A stretch of DNA of 48,677 nucleotides, from positions 1-48,677 of the forward strand of contig JAHLWX010000003.1 in the NCBI GenBank assembly GCA_019057675.1, written 5' to 3'. The notes beneath the pieces are model-generated. The model did no database searches and was not told where the DNA came from. It saw only the letters and a program-made list of their open reading frames with translations. Origin of the DNA: Candidatus Jordarchaeum sp. LHC_1308 (GTDB taxonomy: Archaea; Asgardarchaeota; Jordiarchaeia; Jordiarchaeales; Freyrarchaeaceae). Position numbers and translations under genes: made by a program. Shown here piece by piece: positions 1 to 9,877 of this stretch. Position 1 is the first letter of the stretch. The number at the start of each line of letters is the position of its first letter.

Positions 1-540
1 CTGGCGAACATGGTTAAGGGTATAACTGAAACAATCAGCCTGCCGAGCTTAATTAACCTAGATTACGCAGACGTCCAAAGCGTCCTTAAAAACGGCGGGG
101 TAGCCATGGTCGGGATCGGAGAAGGAGAAGGGGAGAACAGAGTCGAAAGAGCAGTCAAAAGCGCACTAGATTCGCCGCTTCTCGACGTAGACATAACGGG
201 AGCAAGTGGTGCCCTAATACACGTCACTGGTGGACCAGATATGACTTTAACAGAAGCCACAAGAGCAGGAGAGCTAATAACTGAGAAAATGGTCGAGGAT
301 GCACTTGTAATATGGGGAGCACGCATTGACCCCAGTCTGATAGGAACAATAAGGATAATTCTAATCCTTACTGGTGTTAGTAGCCCCCAATTATTAGGTC
401 CAGCTGAGTTTGATAGGACGGGGCTGGAAGTCTTAAAGCCGCTTCCACTAGATGGAAGAAACAACTACTTTGAATCGCCATCTATTCTTTCGAGAAAAGA
501 GGAGGACGACGTGGAGGATCTAGGAATCCCGAAACTTTAA
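1..540 (+). CDS. ftsZ: Cell division GTPase FtsZ, C-terminal part (5' end lies outside the window)
   Basis: The frame is open from nt 1. The translation ...GITETISLPSLINLDYADVQSVLKNGGVAMVGIGEGEGENRVERAVKSALDSPLLDVDITGASGALIHVTGGPDMTL matches the conserved FtsZ C-terminal GTPase-activating domain. Confidence 0.9.
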   Translation: MANMVKGITETISLPSLINLDYADVQSVLKNGGVAMVGIGEGEGENRVERAVKSALDSPLLDVDITGASGALIHVTGGPDMTLTEATRAGELITEKMVEDALVIWGARIDPSLIGTIRIILILTGVSSPQLLGPAEFDRTGLEVLKPLPLDGRNNYFESPSILSRKEEDDVEDLGIPKL

Positions 541-714
541 ATATTTTTATTTCATTGAAAAAATTTAACGTTCATTATAAAAAGTTCCCTAAAATTGAAA
601 TTTGCTCCGCAATTTTCTACAATTAAAGGGGTTTATATTAAAGATAAAAAGAGAAAGTTAAGCATAATTAGAAAATTAGAGAATTTGTAATGTCCTATGT
701 TAACGTTAATATAT

Positions 715-1485
715 TTAGATTGGTAATGTTTTTTCAATTATTTTTTTGACAGCGATGTATGATGGGGAATCTTCCGGTAGTTCTAAGAGAGGGATTCCTT
801 TCAGGTTGAACTCTGCAAGCCTTTCGTCAAATGGAATACTGCCAGCATATTCTAATCCGAACTCCATCGATTGCTCTCTAAGTATTTCCTCTGTTCCTGG
901 GGATACCTTGTTAATCACTAGGAAAATTTTCTTGAACTCTCTGTGTAAAGCTTTGGCTAAGTCTCTGATTCTTGCTGCGGTTTTCACACCCATTTTTGAT
1001 GGGTCTGCTATGAGGAACATTACGTCTACATTGGCGCTAGTACGTCTACTGACATGCTCAAGACCTGCTGGCAGATCCATTAGCACTAACGTGTAATTTT
1101 TCGTGAGAGTATCCATGATTTTCATTAGCAAATTGTTTACGAGACAGTAACATCCCTCTCGTTCAGGCGCCCCCATTACCAGTAGGTCAAATTTGTCTCC
1201 CTCATAAAGAACGTCGAAGACTCTATACTCTAAATATTCAGCTTTTCCGAAGTTGGGGGGAAGCTTATCGATCTTCTCCTTGAGCTCATTTACAACTAAA
1301 CCTATGTTTTCCGCTACATTAACCCCTAAAACGTCAGGCATATTAGAGTCAGGATCCGCGTCTACAACTAAGATGTCATGGTGGGCGTTTTTCTCTAAAA
1401 ATGCCTTAAGCATTAAGGCCAAGAAACTCGTTTTTCCCACACCGCCCTTACCGGAAACGCCAATTATTCTTGTTCCAGTTTTCAT
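715..1485 (-). CDS. cooC: CooC/AcsF-type Ni-insertion ATPase (MinD/ParA superfamily)
   Basis: Deviant Walker A GKGGVGKT is present. DADPDSN and the CooC-specific metal-binding C-x-C motif (EGCYCLVNN) are also present. Length is 256 aa. Confidence 0.8.
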   Translation of the reverse strand: MKTGTRIIGVSGKGGVGKTSFLALMLKAFLEKNAHHDILVVDADPDSNMPDVLGVNVAENIGLVVNELKEKIDKLPPNFGKAEYLEYRVFDVLYEGDKFDLLVMGAPEREGCYCLVNNLLMKIMDTLTKNYTLVLMDLPAGLEHVSRRTSANVDVMFLIADPSKMGVKTAARIRDLAKALHREFKKIFLVINKVSPGTEEILREQSMEFGLEYAGSIPFDERLAEFNLKGIPLLELPEDSPSYIAVKKIIEKTLPI

Positions 1486-1549
1486 TTGAAAGCCCCTCTA
1501 GTCTTCATCGCTTTTAGGTAAATCATGTTTTCGAAATAAATTTACCTAT

Positions 1550-2332
1550 TTACTTGTAAACCCATCTTAGATTCTTTATACCTCTGATGGCTTCTCCGCT
1601 ACCCGTAATGTTAATAAGCGTCACTTCCGTATTTCGTGCAAACCATTCTAAAAGAAGCTTAGCGTATTTTAGCTTCTTCTTTTTAAAGGGAGAAGCAGAG
1701 ACATCGTTTCTGTAGTCCGGTTTTGAGAAACGGCCGACTTTGTTGCCCAAATCGAATCCGGCTAAAAGAATGGTGTGCGACCCCATGGCTTCGGAGATGA
1801 AAACCGCCCTGTCGCCGTCAGTAAAACCGAAAAAATTGCGAATACACCCTAGTGGTTTGACTTGTGTCGTTCCGATAACGGGACCTTCAAGAAGACGAAC
1901 GTTATCCAGTAGGTGAATGTTATCGCCATGCGCATGGACAGCAATAATAGAACCTTTAGAGGAAGCATAAAATATGTCTTCTAACTTGCCGTCTAGGTCA
2001 GTAACTATTAGGTCGGGCTTAATACCTTTCTTTAGAAGAGCAGTTGTAGCACCGTCAGCAGCAACGTTTAAGCATGTCTTCTCAAGCCCCACTTTCTTAA
2101 TTTCTTCCAAGTTTCTTTCTAGCGATGGGCCACAGCCGTAAACTATGGCGCACCTACCCATGAATAAGTTCATCAGCATTTTCAGCGTGTTTTCTACGTC
2201 TTTCTCCCTAAGCAGAACATCGAGTTTTTCGGCTGCCTTCCTATCTTCCTCAACTTTAAAGCCAAAATCTCTAACTATTCTAGTATACCACTTCTCCCAG
2301 TCTTCGTATGTAACTCTAGGCGTTGCCTTCAT
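1550..2332 (-). CDS. mptE: 6-hydroxymethyl-7,8-dihydropterin pyrophosphokinase, archaeal MptE type (DUF115)
   Basis: DUF115-like motifs are present: VYGCGPS, ADGATTALL, LIVTDLDG, HAHGDN. The ORF track starts at 2377. The ATG at 2332 forms an ATGA overlap with the stop of the upstream kinase gene, so it is the more likely start. Confidence 0.7.
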   Translation of the reverse strand: MKATPRVTYEDWEKWYTRIVRDFGFKVEEDRKAAEKLDVLLREKDVENTLKMLMNLFMGRCAIVYGCGPSLERNLEEIKKVGLEKTCLNVAADGATTALLKKGIKPDLIVTDLDGKLEDIFYASSKGSIIAVHAHGDNIHLLDNVRLLEGPVIGTTQVKPLGCIRNFFGFTDGDRAVFISEAMGSHTILLAGFDLGNKVGRFSKPDYRNDVSASPFKKKKLKYAKLLLEWFARNTEVTLINITGSGEAIRGIKNLRWVYK

Positions 2333-3711
2333 CTCCCCTTCATAGCTTTTAACACTTCTTCCAGTTTTGGCATACAACTTCCCGAAGCCAACCTTTGAGC
2401 AGACAATGCGCTTGCTGTCATTCCAAAACGCGCACTTTCCATTAAACTGTTTCCATCCAAAATCGACTTAATGAAGCCGGCGAGGAAAGCGTCCTTCGCC
2501 CTACTTTCATTCAAAACATCCACGTCTATGCCTTCTATTTCCATAACGTCTTTCTTGGTGTAGAGAACGCAGCCACTTTTTATTCCCTTGAAAACAATTA
2601 AGCACTGCACCCCCAATTCGAGAAGGTGTGAAGTGTCGCCCACTTCCTTTGAAAGCGTATTCCAACCTCTTTCACTTAGAAGTAGAAAGTCGGTGTTTCT
2701 TAGTATTCCCTCAATGGATTTGTAGCCTCCTTCGAGGTAGAGTGAAGCAGGCTTGTAGAAAACTTTTACCTTACGTGTTTTTGCATAGCTAGCAATTAAT
2801 TCGCTTATTTCTTTAAACATTTCACAGATGCATACTGCCTTGGCATTTTTTATCATCTCCCAGTTTATCTCTTTTGGGTCTGAAATGGATAGAGCGGTCT
2901 TCGCTGTAGCCGTAACGTACGTTTTCCTTTGTCCCCTTTCAAATATGATCATTGTTCTCGGGGTCTGAAGATCCCGGTCAGTTATCAAGTTTAAGGTGTT
3001 GATCTCTTCTTTCATAAGCTCGTTAGCTATACGCCGCCCAAACATGTCGCCACCTATTTTTCCTGCTAATCCGACTTTGACGCCAAGCCTCGAAAGAGCT
3101 ATGGCTACGTTTCCACCTGACCCTCCCAAAGTCTCTCGGACATCATGAAGGAGACAGATCGCGGAAGAAGTAAGAGATTCACCATAAAGAAAATAATCGA
3201 TTGAAACGGCACCATAAACCATAACTTCAGGATCGAATGTCGTTTTCTGAAGCTTGGTTAATCCTCTGGCAACAGCGACTGAGAAAGCATTTTCAAGCTT
3301 TTCGATGTCCATGCCTTTTCTAAGACAGAGCTCCGTTATATTGTTTAAGTAGGATCTGAGTAATTCCTCAAGAACTTTCTCCAAGTCTGTTGATGGAAGG
3401 TGTCGTTTGAACATTAAGAGAAGCCAGCGACCAATATCAGTAGGCTTATACCATATTGTGTGTTTTCCCTCCTGAACTCTGTATTCTTCTTCCAAGACTC
3501 CCAGCCGAACTAAGTTTTTTAAATGAAAAATGATAGTTTTGTTGGAATGTTTTAACTGTCTTATTATGTCTTTTTGAGCTTGAACCCCGCGGTCTATCTT
3601 TTCCAGTATTTCAAGAGTTATAGGAGACCCGAAAACTTCAAGCAGAAAAGTTCTTAGGTCATGGGGATCTGCCGGGAGAAAGAGGAGATAAGGCCAACTT
3701 TCACCCATCAT
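2329..3711 (-). CDS. Winged-HTH domain fused to a PfkB/ribokinase-family carbohydrate or nucleoside kinase
   Basis: The N-terminal ~110 aa look like an ArsR/MarR-type wHTH. The remainder carries PfkB signatures (GGSGGNVAIALSRLGVKVGLAGKIGGDMFG and a C-terminal DxxGAxDAF-like KDAFLAGF). It has ATGA overlaps with both neighbouring genes. Confidence 0.7.
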   Translation of the reverse strand: MMGESWPYLLFLPADPHDLRTFLLEVFGSPITLEILEKIDRGVQAQKDIIRQLKHSNKTIIFHLKNLVRLGVLEEEYRVQEGKHTIWYKPTDIGRWLLLMFKRHLPSTDLEKVLEELLRSYLNNITELCLRKGMDIEKLENAFSVAVARGLTKLQKTTFDPEVMVYGAVSIDYFLYGESLTSSAICLLHDVRETLGGSGGNVAIALSRLGVKVGLAGKIGGDMFGRRIANELMKEEINTLNLITDRDLQTPRTMIIFERGQRKTYVTATAKTALSISDPKEINWEMIKNAKAVCICEMFKEISELIASYAKTRKVKVFYKPASLYLEGGYKSIEGILRNTDFLLLSERGWNTLSKEVGDTSHLLELGVQCLIVFKGIKSGCVLYTKKDVMEIEGIDVDVLNESRAKDAFLAGFIKSILDGNSLMESARFGMTASALSAQRLASGSCMPKLEEVLKAMKGR

Positions 3712-4109
3712 TTAGCGGTCTCCTCCAACTTTTCTATGAACATTAGCGGATAGTTGAGTTCAGGAATATACTCCATTCCTGCTGAAACTCTTACATGGCC
3801 GTACTTTACTACTAGCCTTACGGATAGATTTTTTCCACAAACCTCCGAGTAACCGAAGCTGTTCAAATCGTCACTCTGAGGCAACTTAATTTTAACCTTT
3901 ACAGATTCAACATAAGGTTGGCAGGCAACCGCTTCTTCTATCGCCTTTTCTACAACTGAAATGTTGCTTTTTGGCAAAGGCATCCCCGTAAACTGATGAT
4001 ACACCGCGCCCAACTTAATTCCCGCTTCGAAAACTGCCCTATCCCGTTCAGTAATTTCATTTCCGAAGAAACGTTTAACCATATTCTCTAAGTAACCCAA
4101 GAGACCCAC
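3708..4109 (-). CDS. mptD: Putative archaeal-type dihydroneopterin aldolase (MptD/COG2098-like)
   Basis: 133 aa. The motif ERDRAVFEAGIKLGAVYHQFTGMP resembles the MptD family. It sits in an operon with mptE. The assignment is from memory of the family, not from a search. Confidence 0.55.
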   Translation of the reverse strand: MGLLGYLENMVKRFFGNEITERDRAVFEAGIKLGAVYHQFTGMPLPKSNISVVEKAIEEAVACQPYVESVKVKIKLPQSDDLNSFGYSEVCGKNLSVRLVVKYGHVRVSAGMEYIPELNYPLMFIEKLEETAK

Positions 4110-4217
4110 CTAGATCAGTTCATGTAAGAAAGATAATATTCCCCGGGGAGTAAACATTTTTGTCTAAGAAACCTTTAAAGTTGACGTATGAAGAAATGGT
4201 TTCCTAGGAATTAACAG

Positions 4218-5606
4218 GTGAGGAATTTAGCGATGAGTGATCTTGAAGGATTAGTAAAAAGACTCATTGCAAAAGGATGGACGCAACGCCAAATAATAGA
4301 GCAGCTCATTCGAGAAGTTAAGTTTTTTAAGGGCTTAACTGAGGAAGAAGCAGCAAATTTTGCAGAAGCCGTTGTGTCAGAAGTCGAAACAGCTATGAAG
4401 GCGTTGCAAAATGAACGTGTAGGGTGGCTTCTTAAGAGCCCTAAAGCTGAAGCATCTATGCATGATTTAGGAGTCGGATGCAGAGGGGAAGGAGATTTTT
4501 TTGTTCATAGGCTTCTTTCAGAGGTGGCGGACATTGGCACTTCGCGCCTACTTGGACCGAAAGCTCAAGACGATGCGGGCGCAGTCGAACATAAAGGTAA
4601 CGTAATAGTTGTGGCAGTCGATGGAACTCATTCTCGTTTAACAGAGTTTCCTTTCATAGCCGGGTTCCACGTGACGCGGGCAGCCATGAGAGACGTTTAT
4701 GTTAAAGGAGCTAAACCCATCGCCTTGTTTGCTGACCTTCACCTTGCAGATGATGGAGACGTAGGTATACTATTTGACTTTATGAGTGGTGTTAGGGCAG
4801 TCTCAGAGCTTTCAGGTGTACCTTTGGTTGCTGGCTCTACTCTTAGAGTTGGAGGAGACATGGTTATTGGAACACGCTTTGTCTCTTGTGTTGGAGCGGT
4901 CGGAGTTATAGAGTCAAAGGAGTCTGTTGCAGCCAGGAACAAAATAAAACCAGGAGACGACATAGTGATGACTGAGGGAGCTGGAGGAGGAACTATAGCA
5001 ACTACGGCAATATACGGTGGAATGCCGGAGGTTGTCCTTGAAACGCTCAACATTCAGTTTATTGAGGCCTGTGAGGCTCTTCTAAAAGAGGGGCTCTTCA
5101 ATAAAATACATGCTGCAACAGACTGGACAAATGGTGGACTTAGAGGGGACTGTAATGAAATATGCAAAATTGCCAAAGTAGGCATAATGATATATGAAGA
5201 TAAAGTTAAGGCGCTTTTAAACCGGAAGGTGCTCGATATGCTTGAAAAGCTCTCAATAGATTACTTGGGAGTATCCATGGATGCACTCTTGATATTCACT
5301 CCTCCAAATTACACAGAGGATGTTCGACGTGCTTTAAAGAGGGCGGGAGTTAAGAGCGATGTAATAGGACGAGTCGTAGAGAACCCTAAGACCCCGGTCT
5401 TAGTGAGAAATGAGGAAAGAGTTCCCTTTGAAACCTCTTATAGGGAAGCAGCATACACTAAGATAAAGAAACTGATAGGGGAAGAAGCGCCAGTTGAAAA
5501 AGAAAGGTTTATGAAGATGGCGGAGAAAGCCGCACAACAATCTATAGGGAAGGCCAACAAAGTTGTGGAGCTTATAAGGGCGAGAGGAAAGGCATGTGAT
5601 CAGTAA
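4218..5606 (+). CDS. PurM/ThiL/HypE-superfamily ATP-utilising protein (AIR-synthase-related, COG2144-like)
   Basis: The metal/ATP motif pattern is DDAGAV...VVAVDGTHS, followed by a glycine-rich TEGAGGGTIATT. 462 aa. The start could be GTG 4218 or ATG 4233. Confidence 0.6.
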   Translation: MRNLAMSDLEGLVKRLIAKGWTQRQIIEQLIREVKFFKGLTEEEAANFAEAVVSEVETAMKALQNERVGWLLKSPKAEASMHDLGVGCRGEGDFFVHRLLSEVADIGTSRLLGPKAQDDAGAVEHKGNVIVVAVDGTHSRLTEFPFIAGFHVTRAAMRDVYVKGAKPIALFADLHLADDGDVGILFDFMSGVRAVSELSGVPLVAGSTLRVGGDMVIGTRFVSCVGAVGVIESKESVAARNKIKPGDDIVMTEGAGGGTIATTAIYGGMPEVVLETLNIQFIEACEALLKEGLFNKIHAATDWTNGGLRGDCNEICKIAKVGIMIYEDKVKALLNRKVLDMLEKLSIDYLGVSMDALLIFTPPNYTEDVRRALKRAGVKSDVIGRVVENPKTPVLVRNEERVPFETSYREAAYTKIKKLIGEEAPVEKERFMKMAEKAAQQSIGKANKVVELIRARGKACDQ

Positions 5607-5608
5607 AC

Positions 5609-6553
5609 TTACATGTCTACTACGCCGTCCTCTGTGATGAGGAACACTGTTTCTTGTTCTGGGAGGAAGGGGCTATCGACGACTCTTGCTATCCGCTGAT
5701 TACCCTTGCCTTTTCTTAAGTAAATTCTGGTTGTGCAGTTATGAGCAACTATGTGACCGCCAACAGGTTGAGTTGGGTCGCCAAAGAATGTGTCCGGTTT
5801 AGCCATAACTTGGTTCGTTACTACAACAGCCAAGTTATACAGCTCTGCAAGTCTGAGAAGAGTGTGAAGGTGCTTATTGAGCTTTTGTTGCCTCTCAGCA
5901 AGCAAACCACGCCCAACATACTCGGAACGGAAATGTCCAACGATACTGTCAACTATTATAAGCTTAATGTTTTTACCTTCATTGATAAGGTCCTCCACAC
6001 TCTGGGCAAGGTAAAGCTGATGATCAGAATTATAAGCCCTAGCGTAAGTAACCCCCTGAAGCACTTTCTTTTGGTCTAAACCGAACCTCTTTGCGATCTG
6101 AACCAATCTTTCAGGTCTAAATGTCCCCTCCGTGTCTATGTATACTGCCTCCCCATTTAATCCCCCGGACTCCACTGGTAGTTGAACAGTGACTGATAGC
6201 TGATGGCAAATTTGTGTTTTCCCGGTGCGGAACTCCCCGAAAAGTTCGGTTATCCCCCTTGTCTCAATTCCGCCACCCAGAAGTTCATCTAGGCTTTTAC
6301 ATCCAGTCATGATTTGGGAGATCTTTTTTCTCTGCTCAAGAAACTCTTCAGCGGAAATGAACCCTATGTTAACGAGTTCTCTAGCCGCTTCGATTATCTT
6401 TGCAGCGGTACTTTCACCTATCTCTGCGGCTATCGCTATTTCCTTAGGCGTCGCAACAGCCACAGCTTCCGGCGTTCTATAACCAGCTTCATAAAGCTTC
6501 TTAGCAATAGCGGGTCCGACGCCGGGGATCTCTTCCAATGAGTCCAAGGACAC
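5609..6553 (-). CDS. radA: DNA repair and recombination protein RadA
   Basis: N-terminal HhH ([17 protein letters not shown]), Walker [10 protein letters not shown] and Walker B LIIVDS are present. 314 aa. Confidence 0.95.
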   Translation of the reverse strand: MSLDSLEEIPGVGPAIAKKLYEAGYRTPEAVAVATPKEIAIAAEIGESTAAKIIEAARELVNIGFISAEEFLEQRKKISQIMTGCKSLDELLGGGIETRGITELFGEFRTGKTQICHQLSVTVQLPVESGGLNGEAVYIDTEGTFRPERLVQIAKRFGLDQKKVLQGVTYARAYNSDHQLYLAQSVEDLINEGKNIKLIIVDSIVGHFRSEYVGRGLLAERQQKLNKHLHTLLRLAELYNLAVVVTNQVMAKPDTFFGDPTQPVGGHIVAHNCTTRIYLRKGKGNQRIARVVDSPFLPEQETVFLITEDGVVDM

Positions 6554-6697
6554 TCAAGCCACCTCCCGCTCTAGAAAACATAGAATCTCGATTCTTAAAT
6601 CTTTAATCGTCTCTCTTATAACAAAGAAGTAATAAAAAGAAAAAACGAAGTAAGCAGAGGAGCTTAGAAAAGCACACTAAAAGGAGGCCGTATTCAG

Positions 6698-7330
6698 TTG
6701 AAGCTGGATGAGCTGGGCTTCAAGGCAGAATGTATATATGAAGTTATTATTACGACGCTTAACGAGAACGGCACGCTTAACGCTGCCCCCATGGGTGTTC
6801 TTTTAAAAGGTTCAACTTTTCTACTAGTGAAACCATACATTACTACGAGAACGTATCATAACATGGTTAGAACACGAGAAGCAGTGGTTAATATCACAGA
6901 TGACATATCTCTTTTTTACATAACGATTTTTGAGAAGGAAAAAGTAAGGGAAATACCGTCCATGAAAGCTAAAAAAGTCTCAGTGCCGATTTTAGCTAAT
7001 GCGAAAGCATATGTAGAATGCATTGTTGAGGGAGAACCAGTGATAAGCAACGAAAGAGCGGAGATAATAATGAGAGCTGTTGATTGTGGAATTTTAAATC
7101 GAAACTTCAGGCCAGTATGTAGAGCTTCTAACCTGATCCTTGAATCATTAATACATTTCACGAGAATAGAAGCTTTAATTAGGAGCGGCGAAGTCGAAAG
7201 AGCGCTAAAGTTACTGGAACTCATAGCTTTTTACAGAGACATTATTAAAAGAGTCTGCAACGCTCCAGCATATGGAGCAATGATAGACAAGATACACGAG
7301 GAAGCGTGCCGTATTATAAAAATTATGTGA
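6698..7330 (+). CDS. DUF447-like (FMN-binding split-barrel) protein
   Basis: 210 aa with a TTG start. The N-terminal YEVIITTLNENGTLNAAPMGV pattern is typical of the DUF447/COG2457 family. The assignment is from memory only. Confidence 0.45.
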   Translation: MKLDELGFKAECIYEVIITTLNENGTLNAAPMGVLLKGSTFLLVKPYITTRTYHNMVRTREAVVNITDDISLFYITIFEKEKVREIPSMKAKKVSVPILANAKAYVECIVEGEPVISNERAEIIMRAVDCGILNRNFRPVCRASNLILESLIHFTRIEALIRSGEVERALKLLELIAFYRDIIKRVCNAPAYGAMIDKIHEEACRIIKIM

Positions 7331-7495
7331 TAAACAACTTTAATAATAAGTGGTATCTTTATTTTTTTAACATCTTCGAATGGTTGTTGTTTGTTCTTTT
7401 GATAAAGCGGTAAAACGGTATTAAAAAGAACTAGTTCCCAAGGGGAAAATAAAATAAAAAGGAGAGTATACAAGAAATATAATGGGGGGTTAAGT

Positions 7496-8080
7496 ATGGC
7501 CCTTGACGAAAAAACAGCAAAAAAACTTGTTCGGATGCTTCAACAAATAGAGGACACCACGAAGCTTGAAGGTGTGGCAGTAGTGACTAGAGACGGAGTA
7601 AGAGTTGCGTGTGCGGAGTCTGCAAACGTTGATGTAGATGTTATTTCAACGGCGTCAGCGGCAATAATAAATACAAGTGAAGCAACGGCTATGCAGCTAG
7701 GGCATGGAAATCTCTCTGAAATAATTATAAAGGGAGACTCCGGGTACCTACTCATAACGAGAGTTGATGACGAACACATGATGGTTGCATCAAGTAGAGA
7801 CACAATAAGATTAGGTTTAAATTTGGGAGTTCTTAAACGGTATTCACGCTCAATAGCCGAGCTTTTCGCTCAAGCTAAAGCCAAAGTGACGGCGCCAATA
7901 ACAGCTCCACTCGTCACAACGATGCCACAACCACTGCAAGCGCCTTCTATGGCTAAAGAAGAGGCTGTCAGCGACAAAGACGCCATTTTTGAAGCACTTA
8001 GAGCATTGGGACTTGAGGATGCTGTCACCGAAATCCGATCTCAAAGCAAGAAAGCAGTCGAGAAAGCTGAGAGAATATAG
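7496..8080 (+). CDS. Roadblock/LC7 (MglB-like) domain protein with an Ala/Pro-rich and acidic C-terminal extension
   Basis: The pattern LEGVAVVTRDGVRV...SAAIINTSEATAMQLGHGNLSEIIIKGDSGYLLITRV is typical of the Roadblock/LC7 fold. Confidence 0.7.
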   Translation: MALDEKTAKKLVRMLQQIEDTTKLEGVAVVTRDGVRVACAESANVDVDVISTASAAIINTSEATAMQLGHGNLSEIIIKGDSGYLLITRVDDEHMMVASSRDTIRLGLNLGVLKRYSRSIAELFAQAKAKVTAPITAPLVTTMPQPLQAPSMAKEEAVSDKDAIFEALRALGLEDAVTEIRSQSKKAVEKAERI

Positions 8081-8132
8081 TTTATTAAAGAACGTGATCT
8101 AACGCCACTTTATGCGTCACCATTCTTTGATT

Positions 8133-9167
8133 TTAAAGGAACATTAAAATCTCGCTTAAAAAGCACGCCATAAGGAGAAGTGCGATTAGCTTTATGGATG
8201 CCCATAAACGACTTCTATTTGGGTTTAAAAGTGCCCATACGAGAATAAATAAGAATGATAAAAACGTCAATGTAAATTGAATGTTTGACATCATTGCGTT
8301 AAACATTGTTGCGCCCCCCATAAGAGCTAGAATTACGCCAAGCAACAAACAACGTTTCTTACCTAAAGAAATCGCTAAAGTTTTCAATCCTGAAGATTTG
8401 TCTGCCTCGTAATCTAAAGTGACAGTCAACGTATAGAAGGCGGCGCCCATGAGATTTGAGCCCAAAAATAAATTTAGCGGAAACGACTTACCTATTATGT
8501 AAATTATTAGCAACACATGGCCAGAAGAAATTTCTGAAGGATATAACGTATCGTATACAGCTGAGAGCAAGAACGTTGATAAGGAAAACCCTTCAGGAGA
8601 TTCCAAGTAAATAATGTATCCTGCAATGAAAGGCAAGGTTGCAAGTCCTATGGTGTTCCATACGATGTCTAATGGGGCCTTGCCCTTTAGTCTAGGCTTA
8701 TAAGAGTACGTCACTGAGAAAATGTGTCCTAACAAAATTATTATTACAAAGAGAAATGAAATCATAAAACCCACTATTATGCTTAAAATGGCGGAAGCAA
8801 TACTTAAATGAAGCACATCTTTCGGAGAAGCAATGCCTTCAACTATTGGATTATGATAATCTTTCCAGTAAGCATACTTGTCGCTCTCACGAGAATCAAC
8901 ATAGGTATTTACGTTGCAACCAGAAAGAGAGGCAAGAAAAACTGCCAAGTACGACGTTAATGAGTAATGACTAAGCGCAAAGGTAAAAATAACGAACTTT
9001 GCCAATTGACGGAAAAACCAAAATATGCTAAGAGAAAGAAGTGCTGGAGAAGCAAATGTGCTCAAAGCGCCAATTAGGAAGTAAGCTAAGGGGATTAGCA
9101 AGAACACGGGCCTTATGAGGTTGTAAGCCAGTTTCAGATAACCACTCAAAATCATCCTCCCCGACAA
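8133..9167 (-). CDS. UbiA-family prenyltransferase (integral membrane)
   Basis: Polytopic membrane protein with two Asp-rich motifs: NVNTYVDSRESD and LDYEADKSSGLKTLAISLG (DxxxDxxxGxxTL). Confidence 0.6.
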   Translation of the reverse strand: MSGRMILSGYLKLAYNLIRPVFLLIPLAYFLIGALSTFASPALLSLSIFWFFRQLAKFVIFTFALSHYSLTSYLAVFLASLSGCNVNTYVDSRESDKYAYWKDYHNPIVEGIASPKDVLHLSIASAILSIIVGFMISFLFVIIILLGHIFSVTYSYKPRLKGKAPLDIVWNTIGLATLPFIAGYIIYLESPEGFSLSTFLLSAVYDTLYPSEISSGHVLLIIYIIGKSFPLNLFLGSNLMGAAFYTLTVTLDYEADKSSGLKTLAISLGKKRCLLLGVILALMGGATMFNAMMSNIQFTLTFLSFLFILVWALLNPNRSRLWASIKLIALLLMACFLSEILMFL

Positions 9168-9328
9168 GCACTACCCTTTCCACCAAAGTTTGCCGCAATA
9201 AATGGATCATTAGAGATTTAAATTCTTAGATTCATCAAATAACTTGAGTTAAACTTCACCGTAATTTTAAAGGGGATTTTTCGTTTGATTACACGGTTAA
9301 AATGAAGGAAAAATTTTGGGGGAAAAGG

Positions 9329-9336
9329 TTTTTATA
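9329..9336 (+). promoter_or_regulatory. Candidate TATA box (TTTTTATA) with an upstream purine-rich BRE-like GAAAAGG, for the r-protein operon
   Basis: This is the only strong TATA-like element in the AT-rich spacer. It lies 58 nt upstream of the rpl22 ATG. Confidence 0.3.
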
Positions 9337-9393
9337 GCTAGTTAGTTTTGGATACAGTAAACTTTTAGCTACCCTTAGTTACGAGGGAACGGC

Positions 9394-9864
9394 ATGCCTA
9401 AGTTCGGGTACTCGATCTATGGGCTTGACCCGGCATTAACTGCTAGGGCAAGTGGGCGGGACTTAAGGATTTCTCCTAAAGCGGCATGTGAAATATGTAA
9501 TGCCATAAAGGACATGAAACTTTATGAAGCGAAGAAGTTCTTGGAAGAAGTAATAGATCTCAGAAGACCAATACCATTTAGGCGGTATCATGGAAAGCAG
9601 GCACATAAACGTGGACTCCGAGGCTGGCACTCAGGCAGATACCCCGTCAAAGCGGCACGTGCAATAATGAAAATTTTGGATAATGTTGAAACGAACGCCG
9701 AGCAAAAGGGATTAGATGTTGACAATCTAAGGATAATACATGCAGCAGCTCATAGGGGGCCGGTCATGAAACGTTACATCCCGCGTGCCTTTGGTCGGGC
9801 GACCCCCAAGTTTAGAAGTTTAACTCATGTTGAAATAGTGGTTAAAGAAGAGGCTGCCGAGTAG
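9394..9864 (+). CDS. rpl22: 50S ribosomal protein uL22
   Basis: Family-typical sequence (ARASGRDLRISPKAA...GRYPVKAA...HVEIVV). It is the first gene of the conserved cluster. Confidence 0.95.
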   Translation: MPKFGYSIYGLDPALTARASGRDLRISPKAACEICNAIKDMKLYEAKKFLEEVIDLRRPIPFRRYHGKQAHKRGLRGWHSGRYPVKAARAIMKILDNVETNAEQKGLDVDNLRIIHAAAHRGPVMKRYIPRAFGRATPKFRSLTHVEIVVKEEAAE

Positions 9865-9877
9865 TGGAGGTTGCCCT

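Noticed and set aside
7231-7473. 80-aa minus-strand ORF in the spacer after the DUF447-like gene
   Set aside because: It overlaps the 3' end of the plus-strand gene, lies in very AT-rich sequence and has no recognisable features. It is probably non-coding.
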